7,886 nucleotides of DNA from Zygophlyctis sp. KS116 (taxonomy: Eukaryota > Fungi > Chytridiomycota). Below the pieces are notes generated by a model that was not told where the DNA came from, searched no databases, and saw only the letters and a list, made by a program, of their open reading frames with translations. Location: contig BAAFSQ010000396.1 in NCBI GenBank assembly GCA_054661495.1, forward strand, positions 1 to 7,886. Reading direction: 5' to 3'. A program made the translations under genes and the position numbers. How positions within the stretch are numbered: position 1 is the stretch's first letter; the number at the start of each line of letters is the position of its first letter. Positions 1 through 6,155 of this stretch are shown piece by piece.

Positions 1-1777
1 TGATTTCGAATGTGGAATCATCTATACGATAGTATTGTCCGACCATAGTATCAAAAGTCCAATAATAGCCCGTTGCACTATCATATATATCGGGATTCTG
101 GCTTTCACTTGAGTCTGATGTCGAGCCATCTGAGACATCACCGGAAGCTTCGCTAGAAGTATCTGAAGCGGTATCATCGGAGGCCGTATCATCTGAGGCC
201 GTATCAGCAGAGGCCGTATCAGCAGAGGCCGTATTAGCAGAGGCCGTATCAGCAGAGGCTGCAGAAGAACCGGCAGAAGAATCAGTGAAAGAACCAGCAA
301 AAGGATCGGCAGAAGAATCAGTGAAAGAACCAGCAAAAGGATCGGCAGAAGAATCAGTGAAAGAACCAGCAAAAGGATCGGCGGAAGGATCGGTGAAAGA
401 ACCAGCAAAAGGATCGACAGAAGGATCGGTGAAAGAACCAGCAAAAGGATCGACAGAAGGATCGGCGAAAGGATCGGCAGTACTATCAAAAGAAGTTGCA
501 AAAGGATCGTCATAAAATTCGGGCATTTGACCGGATCCTTCATCGAAAGCCGGCGCAGATTCAGAGCTTCCACCAAAAAATGTATAAAACGCAGCTAGTC
601 CAACTCCAGCAAAGATAATTTTTTTAGCATGCTGTTTGATCCAACTTGGTTTGGGTTTGGCTGCTTCGAGCACTGACATTGTACCAGAGCTAGGATTTCT
701 GCCATAATAATGATGATGGACTTCCTTTACTCGAGATGGAGATCCTACGTTAGATGAAGATCCTCCAGGAGATTGTGGTCTTGCATTAGATGGAGATCCT
801 AAGTTAGATGAAGACCCTCCAGGAGATGAAGACCCTACGTTAGATGAAGATCCTCCAGGAGATTGTGGTCTTGCATTAGATGGAGATCCTACGTTAGATG
901 CAGATCCTCCAGGAGATGAAGACCCTACGTTGGATGAAGATCCTCCAGGTGATTGTGGTCTTGCATTAGATGAAGACCCTCCAGGAGATGAAGACCCTGC
1001 GTTAGACGAAGACCCTCCAGGAGATTGTGGTCTTGCATTTGACCCTGAAGTACTTGCATCACCAAAAAAGTGTTGAGCTTGTCCTGAGGAATGTCTGTTA
1101 GGTGGGACCTGGGGAACTTCAAGCGATGATGGGCTGTTGACTTGAATGTTAGGTGGTCGAGCACCCGAATTTGGAAAACCGGGGGGTGGTGCTTGAGGAC
1201 CCGAATTTGGAATCGTTATTTCTCTGGGAATATCAGGATTTCGTCCACTACCAACACTTTGAGATGATGGTACATCTGCTTTTCCGAAAAGTTTGCCTAG
1301 AAAACTGAAACGACTCCTCCTCTTCAATCCAGTGCCTTCATTTTGAGATATAATGTCGTCAAGGACCTTTTTTAATCTGCTGACGAGCAAGTTAGAATTC
1401 ACAGCTGCAGCATTCTTTACTTCCACAGCAGGATTTCCTTTTAGAGTACCGTTACCACTCTTTTCATCAATGATAAAATAAGTCTCGTCCACATCCACAT
1501 TATGTGCTGCATCATTTATGGTCTTAATAGCTTTGGGCTTGAACTGAGTGTAGATGTTTTTAGTGTAGTTGAAGGAATAATCAAAACAGTCTTCTATTGT
1601 AAGATTTTGGTTACTAGCAGCTGCACATTGCTCGTTGGCCATATCATTGGTAAAGTTGTATAAAGTCTTTTGGGTTTGATTAAGAAATACCTCGATGGTA
1701 TGTTTTATCTGTGCTTGACTTGGTTGACTAGCTAAAGCTACTGATATGATTGAAACAAGAACTAGTACAAGCTTCAT
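1..1777 (-). CDS. Secreted/membrane repeat protein of unknown family, 3'-partial (>=592 aa); candidate Kex2-processed effector with DPF-repeat tail
   Basis: Manual translation from the ATG at 1777 (context GAAATG) finds no stop down to position 2, so it runs off the window, which probably explains its absence from the ORF track. It starts MKLVLVLVSIISVALA|SQP (signal peptide). It has five N-x-T sequons and 2 Cys in aa 17-151, then LKRR-SRFSFLGKLFGK, Pro-rich and SPGGSSS repeats, KKIIFAGVGLAAFYTFFGG, DPFAGSFTDxSx repeats, SADTA repeats and YDSATGYYWTFDTMVGQYYRID. All repeat units are multiples of 3 nt. Confidence 0.9.
   Translation of the reverse strand, partial: MKLVLVLVSIISVALASQPSQAQIKHTIEVFLNQTQKTLYNFTNDMANEQCAAASNQNLTIEDCFDYSFNYTKNIYTQFKPKAIKTINDAAHNVDVDETYFIIDEKSGNGTLKGNPAVEVKNAAAVNSNLLVSRLKKVLDDIISQNEGTGLKRRSRFSFLGKLFGKADVPSSQSVGSGRNPDIPREITIPNSGPQAPPPGFPNSGARPPNIQVNSPSSLEVPQVPPNRHSSGQAQHFFGDASTSGSNARPQSPGGSSSNAGSSSPGGSSSNARPQSPGGSSSNVGSSSPGGSASNVGSPSNARPQSPGGSSSNVGSSSPGGSSSNLGSPSNARPQSPGGSSSNVGSPSRVKEVHHHYYGRNPSSGTMSVLEAAKPKPSWIKQHAKKIIFAGVGLAAFYTFFGGSSESAPAFDEGSGQMPEFYDDPFATSFDSTADPFADPSVDPFAGSFTDPSVDPFAGSFTDPSADPFAGSFTDSSADPFAGSFTDSSADPFAGSFTDSSAGSSAASADTASANTASADTASADTASDDTASDDTASDTSSEASGDVSDGSTSDSSESQNPDIYDSATGYYWTFDTMVGQYYRIDDSTFEI
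167..256 (-). repeat. Coding tandem repeat, 6 x 15 bp, S(A/D)(D/N)TA
   Basis: Plus-strand unit GGCCGTATCAGCAGA and variants; translates SADTA SANTA SADTA SADTA SDDTA SDDTA in the 1777 frame. Confidence 0.9.
272..451 (-). repeat. Coding tandem repeat, 5 x 36 bp, DPFAGSFTD(S/P)S(A/V)
   Basis: Plus-strand unit GGCAGAAGAATCAGTGAAAGAACCAGCAAAAGGATC and near-identical copies; two further DPF codon triplets at 467-475 and 500-508. Confidence 0.92.
734..1039 (-). repeat. Coding higher-order Ser/Gly/Pro repeat (36-, 36- and 18-bp units; 90-bp super-period)
   Basis: Units A=NARPQSPGGSSS, B=N(A/V)GSSSPGGS(S/A)S, C=N(V/L)GSPS in the order A-B-A-B-C-A-B-C-A-C (102 aa). Positions 741-800 and 831-890 are nearly identical. 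Confidence 0.92.
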
Positions 1778-1797
1778 TTCTATTTTTTTTGAAAGCT

Positions 1798-1879
1798 GAG
1801 CGGCACATTGCCTTTTAAAGACAGTTGCGGCATGTGCGGCATGTGCGGCAACTAGAATTAAGATGCAATATGCGGCCAC
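1798..1879. promoter_or_regulatory. Clustered GCGGC motifs in a divergent promoter, including a 9-bp tandem (TGCGGCATG)x2 plus TGCGGCA
   Basis: Tandem at 1826-1850, with extra copies GAGCGGCAC (1798-1806) and TGCGGCCAC (1871-1879), in the 177-bp gap between divergent ATGs. Regulatory function is inferred. Confidence 0.45.
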
Positions 1880-1954
1880 TAGGGGACATCTTCCTCATGC
1901 ATGTAACTTGTAAATTCAAGACAACGGCCCAGGAATCAGGTGTAGGAGTGGAAA

Positions 1955-3008
1955 ATGACTGCAACGTTAACGGTGATTGATAATTCATCGTCAGACTTTT
2001 TACTCACTTGCGCATTGGAAATTAATTCCTCTACAAATTATCCTAAATCCTCATATACGATTTCCAAAAGAATCTCAGAGTTTGAAAGTCTCTACAACTA
2101 CTTGAGTAATGCATGTAATAATAGTATCATTTGTCCTCCGCCATTTGTCTCATCAGACTCAAACTTTCTAAAAAACTCTGCATCGAAATTCCTAGAATCT
2201 ATTATTGATAATTCTGCTCTATTAGAGAATCCAGTCGTTTTAAATTTCATCACATCTCAGTTTGCGGTAATTATTAATCCTTAAAATCTAGTTTTTAGCA
2301 CCAAAATCACCTCCATTACCACGTAAATCCACGGGAATATTCTCATTTAATAACCAAATTCAAGATGTTGATACTTTTTATGAACAAGTTTGGGACAAGA
2401 TTTCCTTTTTATTATCTAGACTTGAATCTATTGGTCTCTGTCTCTCTAAAACTGTTAAAAATGGAAATATGTTATCTGATCTAAAAACCTTTTGTACTGA
2501 TATAAATCCAGTTTTTGAGTTGCTGGAAATTTCAAAATTAAAATCAGTATTTACTGCATTACAACTTGAAGAAATTAAGAGATTAGACTATCAAGGTGGA
2601 GTTTTGAATGATGAATTAATATATATTGTAAGATGGTTAAATGGAGTCAAGGTAAGAATAATCTTAAACTTATTAAAGAAATCTCTTTTATACCGTCATT
2701 ATCTACTTGAAAAGTATGAAGCAGCGTGTCTAAAAACATCAAAAAAATTAACAAAATTAGAAAAACTAAAGGCATCAACTTCAATTGGATCTAGTTCTGT
2801 TGATACTGTTTTAGAAGAATTTACTGTAATTAAACAAGAAGAAGGAATTGCAAGATCTGAATTTAGAAATATTTCAGAAGATCTTAAACCCCTAGTAGTA
2901 CATCACATGAATGAAATAGAATTGGAATTAATAGGGATATGGGGAAGATGGTCTAATTTCCAAAGAGAAAATTGTGGTCTTGGACGAATAAAGACTCTAA
3001 ATTCTTGA
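1955..3008 (+). CDS. VPS17: PX-BAR sorting nexin, Vps17-like retromer subunit; exons 1955-2266, 2292-2651, 2679-3008 (~333 aa)
   Basis: PX motifs (KRISEFESLYNYL..ICPPP..LLENPVVLNFI). A 25-nt intron joins the two track ORFs in frame (SQFA|FLAPKSPPLPRKSTGIFSF). The BAR C-terminus K.SLLYRHYLL...KLEKLKASTSI...VDTVLEE resembles fungal Vps17. Confidence 0.8.
2267..2291 (+). other. Spliceosomal intron, 25 nt
   Basis: GTAATTATTAATCCTTAAAATCTAG; removal is needed to bypass the stop at 2282-2284 and restore the frame into the 2469 ORF. Confidence 0.85.
2652..2678 (+). other. Probable spliceosomal intron, 27 nt, in frame and stopless
   Basis: AAG|GTAAGAATAATCTTAAACTTATTAAAG|; strong donor, same size class as the other introns. 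Removal gives VK|KSLLYRH, matching the Vps17 helix spacing. Confidence 0.65.
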
Positions 3009-3017
3009 TTAAATTTG

Positions 3018-3078
3018 ATTATAGGGAATTTTTAAAGCAAATTATTAGGAATTTTAAAAGGAAATTATAAGGTTTTAA
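3018..3078. repeat. Imperfect 23-bp tandem repeat (~2.6 copies) filling the VPS17-DCP1 gap
   Basis: ATTATAGGGAATTTTTAAAGCAA / ATTATTAGGAATTTTAAAAGGAA / ATTATAAGGTTTTAA. Confidence 0.6.
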
Positions 3079-3086
3079 TTTGGGAA

Positions 3087-3687
3087 ATGTCCAAAAACAA
3101 CAAAAACATCAATGTTTTAAAGAGACTGGACGCCAATATTCTAGAAATTAATGACACATACTCACATGTAGTAGTCTATGAGCTTATTGAAATGTCTTGG
3201 AGAAAAAAAGGAATAGAAGGAACTGCTTTTTTAGTCACAAATTCTGATTCTTCACAGTCACTCTTTGTCATGAACCGACTCAGTCTAGAAAATCATATTT
3301 TTAATCTCAAGTCTTGGAAAAACTTGGAAATTTGTAAAGATTTTGTTTTTTACCAGTCTGATGGAATTTATGGAATTTGGATTTATGATCTCAAGGATAG
3401 AATTCGATTTAACACTATGCTTGAGTCCTCTATAAACAAAATTACAAAAGATTTAAAAGCAATACTTGGTCTAAATCCTAATCTATCTCAACCTGTTCAG
3501 ACTATTCAACCTTCCCAACCTACTTTTACAACTTTAACACATCTCTGGTCATTTATAGATCCACATTCTGAAAAATTGGATTTTGTCAATTTTAAATCTC
3601 GTATACAAGTAACTTTTTTCTTGTTAAATTTAGAATCCTGCTACATTAGAAATGTTGTATAGCACATACTTGAATCAAGAAATGTGA
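3087..3687 (+). CDS. DCP1: mRNA decapping activator Dcp1 (EVH1 domain plus C-terminal trimerisation-like helix); exons 3087-3608, 3634-3687 (191 aa)
   Basis: NINVLKRLDANILEI..SHVVVY..WRKKGIEGTAFL..VMNRLSLEN..GIYGIWIYD are hallmark Dcp1 EVH1 motifs. The spliced tail FKSRIQ|NPATLEMLYSTYLNQEM* resembles the Dcp1 C-terminal domain. Confidence 0.9.
3609..3633 (+). other. Spliceosomal intron, 25 nt
   Basis: GTAACTTTTTTCTTGTTAAATTTAG; splicing yields the conserved-looking L..LY..YL Dcp1 tail. Confidence 0.75.
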
Positions 3688-4277
3688 ATTTTGTAACCTT
3701 TAGATTTCTTATTTTCCAAGACAGGAATAGTATTAACAGTTTTGGTCCTAGAAATCACTTGACCATTTGAATTTAGAATAATTTCTTCACGAGTAATATT
3801 ATTTCCTACTCTAGACTCTGTAATTGATTTTGTAATTCCATTTTGAATGATGGTAGACTTACTAGTACTTGAAAAAGATCCAGATTGTCGTGAACTAGAA
3901 GACAATAAACTGTCAAAAACACAAGATTTATCATTTCCAAAAGAAGAGAATGGATCGTTTGAAAAGTGATTTCTTGAGAAAAATGGATGAGAGAATGGAT
4001 CATTGAAAAAGTCTCTTTGAGTAAAGAAATCATCAAAAAAATCAAAAGATGAAGAACCAGACATTCGTTTCTTTGAAGAATCATAGTCTGCTCTCTTAAC
4101 TGGATCACAAAGTACTTGGTATGCTTCAGTGAGTAATTTAAACTTTTCTTCAGCTGATGATCGTTCGGGAGGAGCGACCTTGTCTGGATGACAAGTTAGA
4201 ACTTGAGTTTTATAAGCTCTTTTAATAATTGATTCGGATGCATCTCTATCAACTCCTAATATTTCGTAATAATCCAT
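3675..4277 (-). CDS. Class B J-domain co-chaperone, DNAJB6/DNAJB8-like (200 aa)
   Basis: MDYYEILGV..IKRAYK..HPDK..AEEKFK..EAYQVL.DP.KRADYD J-domain, then an F/D-rich linker and an S/T-rich C-terminus (FSSTSKSTIIQNG) as in the DNAJB6 group. Confidence 0.9.
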   Translation of the reverse strand: MDYYEILGVDRDASESIIKRAYKTQVLTCHPDKVAPPERSSAEEKFKLLTEAYQVLCDPVKRADYDSSKKRMSGSSSFDFFDDFFTQRDFFNDPFSHPFFSRNHFSNDPFSSFGNDKSCVFDSLLSSSSRQSGSFSSTSKSTIIQNGITKSITESRVGNNITREEIILNSNGQVISRTKTVNTIPVLENKKSKGYKIHIS

Positions 4278-4345
4278 CGCTTGCAGGAAACTTTAGAAAA
4301 TTCTCCGCCACAATGAGAGTTGTTTTAGTGGCGTGAACAGTTGAG

Positions 4346-5512
4346 TCAAAATGCACTTTTATTAATTTTAGAATTCAAGTATTCTACAACTTCTGTATGA
4401 TGGTTTTTAATTGCAAGTTTTATTGCAGATCCGTTATCATAGTTTAAATCATGTTGAGGAAATTCCTTCATTAAAACTTTTAGCGTGTCCAAATGTCCGA
4501 ATTCTGCTGCAGCTATAATTGATCGATTTACAATATTGAAAAATGAAAATTTATATCCATTAATAAAAGTTTCTAGTTCTGATTTTTTACCTCCTGCAGA
4601 ATATAATAAAATTTCTTGTAAATTGGGAATTACATAAGCCTTTACAGGACTATATTTAATGTCTGAAACAGGTGAGACTGGCTCTCTAAAGTTTGTTGAA
4701 ATATCAGACACATTTTGTTTTTTTAGTTCATTCATCTTTTTTAAAAGAATAGATTCTACTTTTTCAATCAATGGTTGAAATGATCTATAATTTTTCCTTG
4801 AAGCAGCTAGTACTTGTTCTAGTTTAACTCTGGGATCTTGAAGTAACAAATCAACTATTTCCCAATGATCATTTTTTGAAGCATATCTAATAGGATAATT
4901 ATCTTTTGTAGAAGGATCAATTCTAGAGTCTTGAAGTAACAATTTCACAATTTCTAAATGACCGTTAATAGAAGCAACACGAATTGGATAATTATTATCT
5001 GATGATGGATCAGCTTTAGAATGTTCCAAAAATAATTTTAGTATTTGTAAATGTCCATTTCTAACTGCCATTCTTATAGCATAATTTCTTTGATCAGTTG
5101 GATTTGTACGTGAATCTTGAAGTAATCTTTGACAAATATGTAAATGACCATTTTTAGCGGCTTCTATCAATGCAATATTATTGCATACTCCTGGATGTAT
5201 TTGATTTGCTTTTAAAAGTTTATTTACAGTCTCTAAATCTCCAGTTGCTGCAGCTGTCCTAAACAAGTAAATATCTTTTTCTCTTGATGAGTCCTGCTGA
5301 TCAGGCAGTTTTTGTACTTTTCGCCTTGATTCCAATGACGGCCATTGATTTTTAGATTTTGGTTCCTCTGTGTCCTGGGTAGTTGTCTGATCTATCAAGT
5401 TTGCAGCTTCTTGAAGGAGCATTAACGGATTATCAGCTTTCGTTGATATTGTTTCAGGCTCAGCTTTAATCAATGCAGTTTTAGAATTTAGAATGATCGA
5501 TTCTTTATTCAT
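4346..5512 (-). CDS. Ankyrin-repeat protein (388 aa) with 31-aa repeats
   Basis: Five consecutive repeats of the form AxxNGHLEIVKLLLQDSRIDPSxxDNYPIR, plus a C-terminal cluster (AAEFGHLDTLKVLM; AIKNHHTEVVEYL). Confidence 0.9.
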   Translation of the reverse strand: MNKESIILNSKTALIKAEPETISTKADNPLMLLQEAANLIDQTTTQDTEEPKSKNQWPSLESRRKVQKLPDQQDSSREKDIYLFRTAAATGDLETVNKLLKANQIHPGVCNNIALIEAAKNGHLHICQRLLQDSRTNPTDQRNYAIRMAVRNGHLQILKLFLEHSKADPSSDNNYPIRVASINGHLEIVKLLLQDSRIDPSTKDNYPIRYASKNDHWEIVDLLLQDPRVKLEQVLAASRKNYRSFQPLIEKVESILLKKMNELKKQNVSDISTNFREPVSPVSDIKYSPVKAYVIPNLQEILLYSAGGKKSELETFINGYKFSFFNIVNRSIIAAAEFGHLDTLKVLMKEFPQHDLNYDNGSAIKLAIKNHHTEVVEYLNSKINKSAF

Positions 5513-5582
5513 TTGATAAACGTCATTATTGTTGATATGTCGTCATAAGCGAATGTAATTAGCCCTCAAGACTAGAAATTTA

Positions 5583-6155
5583 ATGTCGCAAGATAAGCAA
5601 GCTCCAAACTATAATAAATCTGGTCTGTTATCAAAGGAAGCTCTAATAGTTTCTTCCGGAACACTAAAATACTCTATTCCTCCAGAAGCAAGGACGCCAT
5701 CACTAAAATATAGATTATATGTCTTTAAAGACTCTGAAAACATTAATATTTATCATGTGTATAGACAGCCAAGTTATTTAATCGGAAGGGATAGAAGTAT
5801 TGTGGATATTCCAGTTGATCATCCATCTTGTTCTAAACAGCATGCAGTTATTGTATTTCGTCAGGTTTTGGAAAAGGATGATCTTGGATTAGATACTGTT
5901 CCTGTCATCAAACCTTATATATTAGATTTAGAATCATCGAATGGGACAATGGTTAATTCAAAGAAAATTCCTTCTGCAAGGTATTATCAGTTGCTAGCTG
6001 GTGATGTTTTACAATTTGGATCTAGTACAAGAGAATATGTTTTAATGATTGAAGATTTAGATCATCAAGAAATGAATAGTTTGGAAAGTAAAGAATCTAC
6101 TGAAATTTCTAAAGATACAAAAACTAGAGAAAGTAAAAGGAAACGAGTTAGTTGA
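5583..6155 (+). CDS. SNIP1: FHA-domain RES-complex splicing factor, SNIP1/Pml1 orthologue (190 aa)
   Basis: PNY..SGLL, LKYSIPPEARTP, RLYVFK, YLIGRDR, DHPSCSKQHAVI.FR, KPYILDLESSNGT, DVLQFGSSTREYVLM are characteristic of SNIP1/Pml1. Confidence 0.92.
   Translation: MSQDKQAPNYNKSGLLSKEALIVSSGTLKYSIPPEARTPSLKYRLYVFKDSENINIYHVYRQPSYLIGRDRSIVDIPVDHPSCSKQHAVIVFRQVLEKDDLGLDTVPVIKPYILDLESSNGTMVNSKKIPSARYYQLLAGDVLQFGSSTREYVLMIEDLDHQEMNSLESKESTEISKDTKTRESKRKRVS

Noticed and set aside
285-515. 76-aa KEPAKGS repeat ORF on the plus strand
   Set aside because: Antisense shadow of the DPF array.
22-576. 184-aa Leu-rich, membrane-protein-looking ORF on the minus strand
   Set aside because: Alternative-frame shadow of the 36- and 15-bp repeats inside the 1777 ORF; stop-free only because the repeat unit lacks stops.
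272-1039. CRISPR-like 36-bp periodicity
   Set aside because: Units are contiguous with no unique spacers, are in-frame coding, there are no cas genes, and the context is eukaryotic.
925-1164. 79-aa minus-strand ORF
   Set aside because: Out-of-frame shadow within the long secreted-protein CDS.
1667-1690. Possible 24-nt in-frame intron GTATTTCTTAATCAAACCCAAAAG in the secreted gene
   Set aside because: Not required for the frame, shorter than the other introns, and it encodes an NQT sequon matching the neighbouring ones. It cannot be fully excluded without RNA-seq.
1808-1820. GCCTTTTA resembling U5 snRNA loop 1
   Set aside because: The invariant GCCTTTTAC is not matched, and there is no flanking stem or Sm site.
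3806-4108. 100-aa minus-strand ORF
   Set aside because: Alternative frame nested in the J-protein CDS with no recognisable motif.
4285-4305. Heat-shock element upstream of DnaJ
   Set aside because: Only two correctly phased pentamers (aGAAa-aTTCt); the third is out of register.
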